DNA of 64,000 bases from a virus: IMG/VR virus record IMGVR_UViG_3300047496_000382, one strand, 5' to 3'. This document shows positions 47,001 through 55,929 of the stretch, in pieces (the first letter of the stretch is position 1; every line of letters begins with the position of its first letter). Position numbers and translations under genes: made by a program. The notes beneath the pieces are model-generated. The model was not told where the DNA came from. It was given only the letters and a program-made list of their open reading frames with translations, and made no database searches.

Positions 47001-47145
47001 ACTTGAGTCCTGTCGGCAAAGGTGGAATCTGAATTGAGCACGCCGCCGGCGCATTCGGGGTGACTTGCACCGATGCAGAGATGACAGGAACCTCCACGCC
47101 CTCGAGAAAGAGCCGGAGCTTGAGGCGATGTCCGATGCCTGCCAT
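44068..47145 (-). CDS. baseplate hub-like tail protein
   Basis: RLFLEGVEVPVISASVQ start; position two genes downstream of the tape measure. Confidence 0.6.
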   Translation of the reverse strand: MAGIGHRLKLRLFLEGVEVPVISASVQVTPNAPAACSIQIPPLPTGLKFLPRTLVHLFFYDMYQAAGPFSTTSGARDVRKDRQPTDTERNTISTITIESDGPGGPTPPSIDPTQITVNAKDLEDGRYKLLFGGEVVGQQWTKNESQRSLVLQCMDWSNYWDYAYQWNNTDLFGPGVKALFSGGSTNLFTDFLEDEGSAIIRIIQTPSVQFPKLKGLLGGIAHLLEAIGGSYYSGKAFAGENIFFSLAELRLHVTQLITAYEDDPTASRLLSAGYDSLLGRTLGDLGQQVSIRQAINALMGIIFHETYAQPCPMYAPGSGDTPAGVTRVPLSQDTRFSYIASAAQDLVLGISGLLDTLSANSASTSGAPQPASMVSDLSGMQSLIRSVVNQITDPSVRQARAFYTSALRLLGQAQAKVATWRPGATPTVVSATSTYLTQAQAELMRVTAMETVQQPASVMPARLNQQIFRPDVWFSAPPRCNVLFPELYHSMSFAQQFLAEPTRLLLKTNDEFFGEDELFDQFYFAPKGFTLKTGGKELQNILSNDLLQHELFTGILPVFEKMGELNIFAARSGSSDGSLAKVGLAQRSTNFLYFKYRFAARQMQVKGKFNPWVAVGFPGLVIDKYIDPASVSAMQTLIAQQGGTTSDINDLLGVHFLANFTEVTHTVDQQQGTTDYNCSYARQHNESVEFLGVLRPDQTVHRRFPTDAARATVIAAVDAPAINSLGPNLGPIIAVEDVTAANAAKDIASGRKFPVLAGPSRSGTRTPSISVPVGITAKASDFGADVATFIGDPTALVTFRAFRVTESVPRYRKDTVDLPAEEYIRPGWYGDIWHPLLIGQAYTQFFNTGAITDQQQVSDTSGGSFGVSYEDAQQALATAASATDADDPLTNAPALLALDKNATIADAVSFIVQTYSATRARGLDVDEYIRGYTWRPIATLTDLFGTRDLTLDDQGHQVINGIEGFHSRAFGPYEDLFGLTTPDIENIVGIVRGSAIAARGDTRKRKQDAVKAYVAAIQYARAILG

Positions 47146-47148
47146 GGG

Positions 47149-48768
47149 TCAGACGTAATAGCCGGTTGTGTTCACCGGCGAGTAGGAACCGTCGGGTCCG
47201 GTGTTGTACGGCAGTCCGCCGCCGCCACCAGGGAGAAGCGTTCCAGAAACCAGCGCCATCGCAAACGCACTGGAAGTCCCGCCCACAGGCACGCTCGCGG
47301 CGTTTGATGTGCCGATGAAGGCACCGATACCCTGACTGGTCTGCACAGAGGAGTACTTCCCTCGCGTGCCGCCGCCCACCCCCGTCCCGGAGCTGAGACC
47401 AGGAGAAGCTCCAGCAGCACTGGGACTGAAGCTCGTTGCACTCGACAGCATCCGCAACGTCCCCGCATAGGTCGACGTTGACGTGACATTGCTGCCGTTG
47501 CTGAAGATGCCGCTGAGTCCGAATCCGCCGTTGATGCCGTTCGTCGTCGACCCATAGCTCGATGGGCCGAAGGTCGCGCTTGAGTAATTGCTGCCGCTGT
47601 TGAGCGGCTGTCCGACGGGGCTCTTGAACGATGGTCCGAGGCCGAGAGAGTTGAGCGTGCTCGGATTGTTGATGTCGGCGCCCTTGTCCTGTGCTTGCGT
47701 GATGGCGCTGTCGGAGAGGTCCTCGACCTCGTCCATCCCGGCGCGGTCCTCCTCCGACTGTGAAGGGTCTGCCGACGTCGTCGGGGCAGCGGGACCAGTG
47801 AACTCGTCAACGTTATCGGAAATCTTGCTACGCAGAGGCGTCGACCGCGTCAGGCCACCTGGCATGGCGCCGCTGGCCTGGAATGCTGCGAGCACGGCGT
47901 CGGCGAGGTTGCCGGGGATGTTCTGTTGCAGCGTCGCACCGGTCATCGCGGCGCGCTCGAGAGCGCTGGCGCCACCGAACTGGTCGACCAGCTGCTGTTG
48001 CCCACCTGCCTGGATGAGCTGCATCTGGGCGTCCGACAGCGCGGGCCCGTTCGTCTCTTGGATGCCAACATCTGCGGCCGCAACCGTGAAGGCATCTCCC
48101 GCGGTGAGCGTCACGTCCGCGGGCAAATTCACGCCTGCGCGGATAGGGTAGTTCGGGTCCGCCGCCGTCGCGTTGTCGCTGATGAAAGTGATGTTGGAGT
48201 AGTTGGTGAGGAAGAGACGGAAGCTGAGCTGCACCATCAAGGGCAGCTCACTCGTCTTCACACACTGCGCCTGCAGCATGTACCCCTCGACGATGTTGTC
48301 ATCGTAGAAGAGGTAGCAGCGCGCGCCCATCTCCACGAGCTTGGTGCCGCGCAAGTAGCGGTCGTAGTTCTCCCAGAACTCCGCGTACCAGTTGAAGTCG
48401 AACGAGTCGACGAGGACGGCAGTCACGTCGAGGAAGCGGGGCTGCTCGCCAAAGAAGTAGATGTACGGTTCACCGAACGTCTGGACGATTTGGTGCTTCT
48501 CCATCCGCGCTTCCTGCACGGACTGGAGGATGAAGTTGGTGTACTGCGTGGTACCGCCGTCGACGGAGCCCGAGTCGATGAGTCGAATCTCTTCGCCCGA
48601 CGCTTTGACGACCTTCAAAATCGCATAAGTATCGTCCTTGATTTCTAGGCCGCGAAGCGGACGTCGCGCACGACTGGCTCCCGCACGGCGACTCTTCGCC
48701 GTGTCTTGGAGCTTCGCAACAAACGTGTCGGCGAAGCCATCGGTGGTCAATTCAACGAAAACTGCCAA
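47149..48768 (-). CDS. tail tube initiator/baseplate-like protein
   Basis: NFILQSVQEARMEKHQIVQTFG..YFFGEQPRF motif; synteny. Confidence 0.6.
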   Translation of the reverse strand: MAVFVELTTDGFADTFVAKLQDTAKSRRAGASRARRPLRGLEIKDDTYAILKVVKASGEEIRLIDSGSVDGGTTQYTNFILQSVQEARMEKHQIVQTFGEPYIYFFGEQPRFLDVTAVLVDSFDFNWYAEFWENYDRYLRGTKLVEMGARCYLFYDDNIVEGYMLQAQCVKTSELPLMVQLSFRLFLTNYSNITFISDNATAADPNYPIRAGVNLPADVTLTAGDAFTVAAADVGIQETNGPALSDAQMQLIQAGGQQQLVDQFGGASALERAAMTGATLQQNIPGNLADAVLAAFQASGAMPGGLTRSTPLRSKISDNVDEFTGPAAPTTSADPSQSEEDRAGMDEVEDLSDSAITQAQDKGADINNPSTLNSLGLGPSFKSPVGQPLNSGSNYSSATFGPSSYGSTTNGINGGFGLSGIFSNGSNVTSTSTYAGTLRMLSSATSFSPSAAGASPGLSSGTGVGGGTRGKYSSVQTSQGIGAFIGTSNAASVPVGGTSSAFAMALVSGTLLPGGGGGLPYNTGPDGSYSPVNTTGYYV

Positions 48769-48777
48769 GACAGCCTC

Positions 48778-49041
48778 CTAAATCACCACGTTGGTCTTGA
48801 GGAGAGCGTCGCGGACGCCCCGGTCTGGGGTCAGGCCGACGTACGGCTCGCCCTGTTTGATGGCGAACGCTTCCGCCTTTACGAGCATCAAGTACGGGTC
48901 TTCGATGCCGACCTTGTCACGGAGTGTGAAGGTGTAGAGGCGCCCGTTCTTGCGTAGAACGAAGGACGTCTCCTGCCTGCAAGGCGTACAGCCTGGTGGC
49001 GGCGTGAAGGGCGTATCACCCGTGAACAGAAGGGACTTCAT
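48778..49041 (-). CDS. small hypothetical protein in the tail operon
   Basis: Tiling. Confidence 0.55.
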   Translation of the reverse strand: MKSLLFTGDTPFTPPPGCTPCRQETSFVLRKNGRLYTFTLRDKVGIEDPYLMLVKAEAFAIKQGEPYVGLTPDRGVRDALLKTNVVI

Positions 49042-49043
49042 GT

Positions 49044-52000
49044 CTACTTGCCCTCTGGGTTCTTGAACCCATTTTTCTCGATTGTCGTGAGCATGCTGTT
49101 AGTACCCTTGCCGATAGCCACCAAGTCCTCGAGGAACTTCGCCGACTTCTCGGCAGCCTTCAGCTGTGCCGCCGCCAACGGGTCGTTCGCTTCCTGTTCG
49201 CCCTGCTTCTTAGCCGTCTGTTTATCCTTGAATTCCTTCGAGCTGGTGACGTCCGAGATGATGCTTGCGGTCTTGCGCCCCTCAGACATACCTTTCTGAA
49301 CAGCCGCGAGGGTCTCCTTATCGCCGACACCGCTCATCGCCAGGAGTTTCTGCATGCCCTCATAGCTGTTGACGTCGATGTTCTTGAGCTGGTCCTTCGA
49401 CAGATTGAGACCGAGCGCCTCTGCCGCAGCCCCCGTCTTGCCCTTCCTGCGAGAAGATTTATCGAAGCGGTCCTCGACGCTGGCAGAGTAGCCAGCCTTA
49501 GCACCAGCTTCCGTACCTGCGAGCGCGTTCGCAACCGCACGCTTCTGTGAGACCGTCATCTTGTCGAGCAGGCGCTCTTGCTCAACGGCCTCGCCTTGCA
49601 TCTTCTCGAGGATGCCGGCGTCGACTTCTGCCGTGGCGGTCGTGCCACCGAGGTTCGACTTCATCACGGAGGCTCGCAACGCGTAAGACGCAAAGCGCGC
49701 AGCGTCTTTCCCTCCAGCGGTCTCGAGGGACTTCCGCGCATCAGCTGTGAGCGTGTTGGCCTTCGCGTCGTAGATGCCAAGGTTGGTTGCGGTATCGAGC
49801 TCCTTCTTGCCCTCACCGCGCTGACGACGGGAAATCTCACTGACGTTTTTCTCCCAGTCAGTGCGCACCGTCTGCATCGACCGCGTGGCCATCGACGCGA
49901 GCTCGTCCGGTTTGAAGGTACGCCCTGGCGATGAGAGACTGGCAGCGAACTTCTCCTTGTCCTCTGCCGAGGCGTTTGGATTCTTGTCCAACCACTCGGA
50001 GTAGCTCGAAGCTGCCATGAGGCGCTGCTTGACCTGACTCTCGGGGTTGTTCTTGTCTTCATCGCTGAGACCTGCGAGCTCCTTGGAGATATCCGCGCGC
50101 GCCTGTGCCGCAACGTCCTTGTCTCCGCCGAAGGTGCGTAGCGCGAGGTCGCGAAACTTGTCCGACTTGAGGAACTCACCCGCTGCCTGCTCCGCAGCGG
50201 CACCACCACCAGACACCGAGTCGGCGAACGAGCCCACTGCCTTGGTAGCAAAGCCGAGTGTGAGGAGGTTGCCGACACCACCGACCGCAACCGCGGTAGC
50301 CTTTTCCCCGAAGCTGCGCTGGTCCCCAAGTACGGAGCGGGCAAGAGCCGTGTTCTCCTCACGCGCGGAGCGGAAGCCACGGGAGCTGGAGGTGAGCAGG
50401 TCACTCGGGATGCCGTAGTTCGAAGCGAGAGACCCCGCACCGCCGATGCCCTGCGCGCGCTCGGCGCTTGCCATGTAGCTCGCCTTCTCCGCGAGCGTCA
50501 TCTTGCTGAACTTGTCGCCGGCCGCCTGGTCATGCTTCGCGAGTGCCTGGCCGAAGCTCGCGATGCGGTCATCGCCCTGCCCCGCGACGTGACCCATCGC
50601 GTACGCCTCGCTGAGCCACTTCCCCTTCTCGCCGCCGTACTCCGTGAGCACGCTCTTGTCGTAGCCGCCAGACGCGACACGACGAACCTGGTCGATGTCG
50701 GCGAACTTCGAACGAATCTGGTCGCTCGACATCCCGTTGATGTCGAAGCCCGCCTTGCGCAACTTGCTCTGCCCAGACTCACCGTGAAGGAGAAAGCGCA
50801 TCATCTCGCCGGAGCCCGCCATCGCGCCGAGAACACCGCCACCTGCAGCGCCAAAGAGACCACCGCCGAGCGCACCGCCCGCAGCACCGGCCATCGCGCC
50901 CTCGCCCATGTTCGTCAGGCCCTGGCTCATGCTGCCGCCTGCACGCAGCTGCGCCGCGAGGTCCTGGTCGCCCATCTTGCCGGGAAGCGCCAGACCCTTG
51001 CCGCCGAAGCCCTTCATGCCGACGCCGAACGCGTCACGTCCAGCCTTCGCACTGAGCACACCACCGCCCATCATCTGCTGGAACTTGTCGTCGATGTCCT
51101 TCGAGTACGTCTCTGTGTAGTGGTCGAGGAGACCGTTGAAGAACTCGTCGATGCTCTGCGACCCAGCATTGAACACGTCCTGCCCGACCTTCTGGAGCTT
51201 GCTGTTGATGTGCTCCTTGGCTTGGTCGAAGCGCTGCTTCACACCTTCGAGACCGTGACTCTTCCGAGCCATCGACTGCTTCTGGAAGTACTGGTCACGC
51301 GACGCGTCACGCCGCTGCTGTTCCAGAATCTCTGGCATCGCGCTCGCCATCTTGATGGCAGAGTCAACCTCGTCTCGTCCCATCCCGAGCTGTCGCTGCG
51401 CGAAGAGCATCGAGCGGTCGTCCATGTTGTTGATGTCGACGCCCTTCGACTCCGCCCATTCCTTGAGCTGGAGTGCGGGGAGGAAGCCGCCAAAGCGCTC
51501 CATCGCTGCACCGCGCAGACGGCCCTCGTTCCGGATGAAGTTCGCACGACCCACCTTCGCGAGGTGCGACTGGTCGTTCTTCATCGTCTCGCTGATGCTC
51601 ATCCCACCGGTGAGAATCTGCTGGACTGCTCCTTCATCCAAACTTCCATCCTTGCCTGCGACAGAAGCAAGTAGGCGCCGACCGCGCCCGCTTTGAAGGA
51701 AGCCAGCAGTGTGTTGCATCGAAGAAGCGGCATAGGCCTGCCTCCCTTCCGCACCGGTGAGCCCGGTGGTGTTGTAGATGTCCTCCTCCGAAAGAAGACC
51801 CATCTGTTGTGCCGTTCCAATCTGGCCGATGGTGCGCATGCCGGCCATCGCGCCTTGCCGTCCGAGACCGCCCATCGAGCGTGAAATCTGAGAACCAATG
51901 CTCGCGGCACCGGTGACTTCGCTGAGCGCGAGACCGCCGGACACCGAGGTGTTGCGCGCCATCGAGGCGAAGCCCATCGCACCGCGCGCACCGAAGACAC

Positions 52001-52688
52001 CCGACGACTTCGCGGCGTTGGTCAGCTCAAGCGCGCCCTCGAGCGTGGTGTTCAGTTCAGTCGCCATCGTCTTGAGCGCGGTGACTGTTTCTTTGAAGCG
52101 CTTGCTGAACTCCTTCACGTCGCGAACGCCTTGCATCATCCCCATCTGTCCCATCTTCGTGGACAGACCCGCGAGCTCCTTGAAGGAGGCCATCTCCCCG
52201 CCGGGACCGACCTGCTCGCTCATCTCGCGCATGAGCCCGCCGATGGCGCTCATTTCGTTGTGCTGGAACCCCTGCCCACCATGCTGGTTCCGGAACGCGA
52301 AGGTCTGCCGCAGCTGTTGGTTGAGACCCTGCTGCTGCTGAGCACCGCTCATCATCTGGTTGCCGGCGTACCCGAGCGCAGCACCACCCGCCATCAACGG
52401 AAGAGCGACAGCTGCCCCGGCACCCAGCGCGCCGCCGACGCCTGCGCCGCTACCGAACGCGGACATGCCTGCCTTCAGACCCATCGACATCGGGTCGAGG
52501 CCCATCATCCCCATCGCGCCCGAAGCCAGCGGACCGCCGACCGAGCTCGCGAAGTTCATCCCGCGGCCCATGGCAGCGTCGCCGGCGTAGCCAGACTGGC
52601 CAATCATGCCGGAGTACTGCTGTTGCTGCATCGCCTGCTGGGCGAACGCACCATTCATACTAGCAATTTCGCTAGAGCTTATAGGCAC
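49044..52688 (-). CDS. tail tape measure protein
   Basis: 1214 aa, helical, G/A/M/Q-rich with glycine-zipper tracts; upstream of baseplate genes; SD GGAGG and GTG. Confidence 0.75.
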   Translation of the reverse strand: MPISSSEIASMNGAFAQQAMQQQQYSGMIGQSGYAGDAAMGRGMNFASSVGGPLASGAMGMMGLDPMSMGLKAGMSAFGSGAGVGGALGAGAAVALPLMAGGAALGYAGNQMMSGAQQQQGLNQQLRQTFAFRNQHGGQGFQHNEMSAIGGLMREMSEQVGPGGEMASFKELAGLSTKMGQMGMMQGVRDVKEFSKRFKETVTALKTMATELNTTLEGALELTNAAKSSGVFGARGAMGFASMARNTSVSGGLALSEVTGAASIGSQISRSMGGLGRQGAMAGMRTIGQIGTAQQMGLLSEEDIYNTTGLTGAEGRQAYAASSMQHTAGFLQSGRGRRLLASVAGKDGSLDEGAVQQILTGGMSISETMKNDQSHLAKVGRANFIRNEGRLRGAAMERFGGFLPALQLKEWAESKGVDINNMDDRSMLFAQRQLGMGRDEVDSAIKMASAMPEILEQQRRDASRDQYFQKQSMARKSHGLEGVKQRFDQAKEHINSKLQKVGQDVFNAGSQSIDEFFNGLLDHYTETYSKDIDDKFQQMMGGGVLSAKAGRDAFGVGMKGFGGKGLALPGKMGDQDLAAQLRAGGSMSQGLTNMGEGAMAGAAGGALGGGLFGAAGGGVLGAMAGSGEMMRFLLHGESGQSKLRKAGFDINGMSSDQIRSKFADIDQVRRVASGGYDKSVLTEYGGEKGKWLSEAYAMGHVAGQGDDRIASFGQALAKHDQAAGDKFSKMTLAEKASYMASAERAQGIGGAGSLASNYGIPSDLLTSSSRGFRSAREENTALARSVLGDQRSFGEKATAVAVGGVGNLLTLGFATKAVGSFADSVSGGGAAAEQAAGEFLKSDKFRDLALRTFGGDKDVAAQARADISKELAGLSDEDKNNPESQVKQRLMAASSYSEWLDKNPNASAEDKEKFAASLSSPGRTFKPDELASMATRSMQTVRTDWEKNVSEISRRQRGEGKKELDTATNLGIYDAKANTLTADARKSLETAGGKDAARFASYALRASVMKSNLGGTTATAEVDAGILEKMQGEAVEQERLLDKMTVSQKRAVANALAGTEAGAKAGYSASVEDRFDKSSRRKGKTGAAAEALGLNLSKDQLKNIDVNSYEGMQKLLAMSGVGDKETLAAVQKGMSEGRKTASIISDVTSSKEFKDKQTAKKQGEQEANDPLAAAQLKAAEKSAKFLEDLVAIGKGTNSMLTTIEKNGFKNPEGK

Positions 52689-52763
52689 GGCGTGCTACCT
52701 CCCAACTCCGGCGGCAGGCGCGGAACAAGACGTCTGAAGGCACTTCACCGGAGGGAACGTAAC

Positions 52764-53585
52764 ATGGGTGGACGCGTACGCGAGGACCTTGTTGGTCGGA
52801 CTTTTGGGCGCTTGACCGTGGTCAGCGCCGTCGAAGGCGAAGCGAAACTGCGATGGCTCTGTCGCTGCAGTTGCAGAAACACGAAGACGGTTGCTGGGGA
52901 CAAGTTGCGGGCGGGCAACACTGCTTCTTGCGGGTGCCTGCGCCGAGAGACAACGGCGACCACAAAATTGAAAGACTTGACCGGGCAGCTGTTCGGGTCG
53001 CTCTCGGTACTTCACCGCGTGGAGAACAAGACGAAGCACGCGCGCTGGTGGGTGCGCTGCGTGTGCGGGACCGAGAAGGAGGTAGACGGCGTCTCTTTGT
53101 CGAATGGCAGAATTACGTCGTGCGGGTGCCTACGAGGGCACGCACGGGGTGACCAGTTGCGCACACACGGAGAGAGCAATTCGCCCGAGTTTGCCATCTG
53201 GGTACGCATGAATCAGCGTTGTTACAAGGAGTACAACACGGAGTACAAGAACTACGGCGCTCGCGGCATCACGGTCTGCGACCGTTGGCGAGGTCCTTCT
53301 GGTTATCAGAACTTCCTAGCGGACATGGGCCGGCGCCCTTCTCCCCAACACTCCATCGAGCGGAAGGACAACAACGGCAACTACTCTCCAGAGAACTGCG
53401 TGTGGGCCACCGCCCTCGAACAGGGAGCGAACAAGCGCAACAACCGCCTGGTCACTCATCAAGGCGAGACTCTCCATCTCAGTGAGTGGGCGCGCCGTAC
53501 TGGCGTGAAGAGGAGAACTCTTGCGGCACGCCTTGATGCAGGCTGGCCGATAGAAGAAGCACTAAAACAGGAACAAGAGAAGTAG
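52764..53585 (+). CDS. HNH homing endonuclease (YGARGI type)
   Basis: DLVGRTFGRLTV x2, ASCGCL, YGARGITVCDRW, SIERKDNNGNYSPENCVWAT. Confidence 0.9.
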   Translation: MGGRVREDLVGRTFGRLTVVSAVEGEAKLRWLCRCSCRNTKTVAGDKLRAGNTASCGCLRRETTATTKLKDLTGQLFGSLSVLHRVENKTKHARWWVRCVCGTEKEVDGVSLSNGRITSCGCLRGHARGDQLRTHGESNSPEFAIWVRMNQRCYKEYNTEYKNYGARGITVCDRWRGPSGYQNFLADMGRRPSPQHSIERKDNNGNYSPENCVWATALEQGANKRNNRLVTHQGETLHLSEWARRTGVKRRTLAARLDAGWPIEEALKQEQEK

Positions 53586-53595
53586 GAGGAGCACC

Positions 53596-54234
53596 ATGCC
53601 CCGAAGAAAAGCCACGCCCGTTGCATCACCCCTCGTCGACAAGAACATGCTCACCATGAGCAACGGTCGCACCATCGCGTACTTCCTTCGCAACACTGAG
53701 ACAGCCGAATCACTGAAGGCCCTCGACCTGGCGGAGCTCAACGAACTCTGCGCCCTGCTCGACGGACTCTGGACCGAGTTCCAGCGACGCGGGCTAGGTC
53801 TGAGACCGTACGACTACCTGCAGCGCGACAAGGAGTACCTCATCAACCGCGCAGCACGTGAACTCAACTCCCTGCGTTGCATCATCGAGTACGGACAAGA
53901 CGTTCTCGGCGAGCGCATCGATGAGCTCGAGGAGAGGGTGCCGAAAGGACCCGTGCTCACCATCAATCTCGAAACAGTCAGTTACGAGCAGGCACTCGAA
54001 CTGGTGCGCGGTACCTACCAAGTCGGCGAGCAGACCGAAGAAGACACATCCTCCGCGCTGGTAGAGTCGGCCAGTCAAGTCAGCTTTCTGCAGCAGGACA
54101 TCACCGCCCACAAAGAGTGGCGCACCAAAGCGAAGACCGCGCTGCAGGCGCTCGTCGAGCTCATCGGACCGTACCCCGACGCGCAGAACTACTTGACGGA
54201 CGTTCTCGCTGCCGCACCCACGGAGGAAAGTTGA
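53596..54234 (+). CDS. coiled-coil hypothetical protein
   Basis: SD AGGAGG. Confidence 0.65.
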   Translation: MPRRKATPVASPLVDKNMLTMSNGRTIAYFLRNTETAESLKALDLAELNELCALLDGLWTEFQRRGLGLRPYDYLQRDKEYLINRAARELNSLRCIIEYGQDVLGERIDELEERVPKGPVLTINLETVSYEQALELVRGTYQVGEQTEEDTSSALVESASQVSFLQQDITAHKEWRTKAKTALQALVELIGPYPDAQNYLTDVLAAAPTEES

Positions 54235-54494
54235 TGCTCACGCTCGAACAGCAGAAGGAGGTGCAGCGCGAACTGCTGACCGCCTTCTTTGAAGACCCGA
54301 AGATGAAGAAGGTCACTGTCGACCGGTGCCTCAAGCGCCTGCGGCAGAACCACCCACCGCTCGACGACGGGGACATGGACAAGATGGAGCTCGTCGTCGA
54401 GCTGACGAAGGACATGACCAACCACCCCAATGCCCTCGCCCTAGAGAAGGCTGTAGCCGCGCACGCCGCACAGCGTGCTGGAGTGAAGAAATGA
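54234..54494 (+). CDS. hypothetical protein
   Basis: TGATG-coupled. Confidence 0.6.
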   Translation: MLTLEQQKEVQRELLTAFFEDPKMKKVTVDRCLKRLRQNHPPLDDGDMDKMELVVELTKDMTNHPNALALEKAVAAHAAQRAGVKK

Positions 54495-54880
54495 GCAAGC
54501 TGACTGTCTGGAAGTTCCCGCTCCACATGGAGCAGCCCAACACGTTCGAGATGCCCAAGGGCGCCCAGGTCCTCGCGGCACAGGCGCAGCTGGGAGGACC
54601 GACCATCTGGGCTCTCTGCAACCCGCTCGCGCCGAAGGAGAAGCGCACGTTCCGCATCGTCGGCACGGGGCACGAAATCGAAGACCAGCCGGGTGTTCTC
54701 CTCGACCACGTCGGAACCTTCCAGCTCTATGAGGGCAAGTTCGTCGGGCACATCTTCGAGGAGGTCACCGGCGCGCAGCTCACCGAGCGGCTCAAGGCAC
54801 CGAGCAAACTCGGGCCGCTCCTCGACGCCGCACGCGAAGCAGAGAAGCTGAACGAGCCCATCGCGGTCAGTACGAAGTAG
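54491..54880 (+). CDS. DUF7352-like phage protein
   Basis: VWKFPL..EMPKGAQVL..QAQLG.PTIWA..FRIVGTGH. Confidence 0.7.
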   Translation: MSKLTVWKFPLHMEQPNTFEMPKGAQVLAAQAQLGGPTIWALCNPLAPKEKRTFRIVGTGHEIEDQPGVLLDHVGTFQLYEGKFVGHIFEEVTGAQLTERLKAPSKLGPLLDAAREAEKLNEPIAVSTK

Positions 54881-54909
54881 CAACTACACCGGAGTTTCTG
54901 GGATAAGAG
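54880..54909 (+). promoter_or_regulatory. class I phage promoter
   Basis: GCAACT-N14-GGGATAAGAG. Confidence 0.75.
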
Positions 54910-54913
54910 AGGT

Positions 54914-55285
54914 GTGGACTTCTCCCCTCACGGCGACGCAGGCACGCCCGCTGCCAGCACGTTCTGCAACCCACAGGTGGAGTGGCTCTTCACGGAGCCG
55001 GTGGTGTTGGTCTGCGTAGAGTTGACGCCGGAATTTGGCTTCCTCTTCGACGAGGACATCTACACAGAGCTTGACGACTACCCGCCTGCATGCGGCAGCC
55101 GGTGTGCCTGCTCGAAGTGTTATGGGCGCTACGGCTTGGTGTCAGAAAAGCCCCTCACCACACGTCAGGACTTTCGTGCCCTACGCGCGGAGGAAGAGGC
55201 GCATGAGGAGTGGTCATTCAAGCGGCGCGTCCGGATGCCTTCTCGGCGACACCCGCCGAAGAAAGTGCTTCGCGACGTGGAGTGA
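54914..55285 (+). CDS. hypothetical protein
   Basis: Between promoter and terminator. Confidence 0.5.
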   Translation: MDFSPHGDAGTPAASTFCNPQVEWLFTEPVVLVCVELTPEFGFLFDEDIYTELDDYPPACGSRCACSKCYGRYGLVSEKPLTTRQDFRALRAEEEAHEEWSFKRRVRMPSRRHPPKKVLRDVE

Positions 55286-55287
55286 AA

Positions 55288-55318
55288 GGAAGGGCGCCTG
55301 CGGCCCTTCTTTTCTAGC
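55288..55318 (+). terminator. intrinsic terminator ending TTTTCTAGC
   Basis: GAAGGGC...GCCCTTC stem. Confidence 0.7.
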
Positions 55319-55326
55319 CCCTTCGT

Positions 55327-55356
55327 GCAATTTTGTCTGAGTTTCAGGCACAAGAA
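55327..55356 (+). promoter_or_regulatory. class I phage promoter
   Basis: GCAATT-N14-GGCACAAGAA. Confidence 0.75.
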
Positions 55357-55420
55357 GAGTAAGGGAAAGAACACTACCAGGGCGGTTCTGGTCTTGTTTC
55401 GGACCCGATGCGAGAGACCT

Positions 55421-55717
55421 ATGAGCGTTCTGTGTGAAGGGTGCCATCGGCACAATCACGGGCTCAGGCACCCGACACGAGTCGGTGCGCGCACGCTGCT
55501 GCTGTGCGCTTCGTGTGTAGTGCGCTGCCTTCTTCGTGCTGACAGCGCGCCGGCGCTGCCATGTGCCGTTCTCAAGGCGGCTGCGGTGCCTGCGTCGACG
55601 GCGCGGTTCCGCTGGTTCAGCACTGACCTCCCGGAGACGCGGCATCTCTACAACGAGAGCGGCGAGCCGCACCTGCGGCGTATCCATCGACCCATACGCA
55701 ACGGGAGGACTGAATGA
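55421..55717 (+). CDS. Zn-binding hypothetical protein
   Basis: CEGC and CASC. Confidence 0.5.
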   Translation: MSVLCEGCHRHNHGLRHPTRVGARTLLLCASCVVRCLLRADSAPALPCAVLKAAAVPASTARFRWFSTDLPETRHLYNESGEPHLRRIHRPIRNGRTE

Positions 55718-55839
55718 TTGCCGCCCATCCCGGTTGGTCAATGGTCGTCGCGGTCGCCATGATGTTCGGCGCCTCGGCCTACAACATCTGGCGATTACAC
55801 AAGCTCGAGCAGGCGGCCGAGCAGCGGAAGAAGAAGTAG
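55714..55839 (+). CDS. small single-TM protein (41 aa)
   Basis: SD GGGAGG; hydrophobic helix with basic tail. Confidence 0.55.
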   Translation: MIAAHPGWSMVVAVAMMFGASAYNIWRLHKLEQAAEQRKKK

Positions 55840-55844
55840 GAATG

Positions 55845-55873
55845 GGGGCGCCGCAAGGCGCCTCTTTTTCTAG
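55845..55873 (+). terminator. intrinsic terminator ending TTTTTCTAG
   Basis: GGGGCGCC-GCAA-GGCGCCTC. Confidence 0.8.
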
Positions 55874-55882
55874 GGTCTTACG

Positions 55883-55912
55883 GCAATTACAAGGCAATTT
55901 TGGGGATAAGAA
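55883..55912 (+). promoter_or_regulatory. class I phage promoter
   Basis: GCAATT-N14-GGGATAAGAA. Confidence 0.75.
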
Positions 55913-55929
55913 GGATGAAGGAGGCTCCC

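Noticed and set aside
52131-52763. N-terminal extension of the plus-strand HNH
   Set aside because: It overlaps the tape measure gene antisense. HNH homology and an SD start at ATG 52764.
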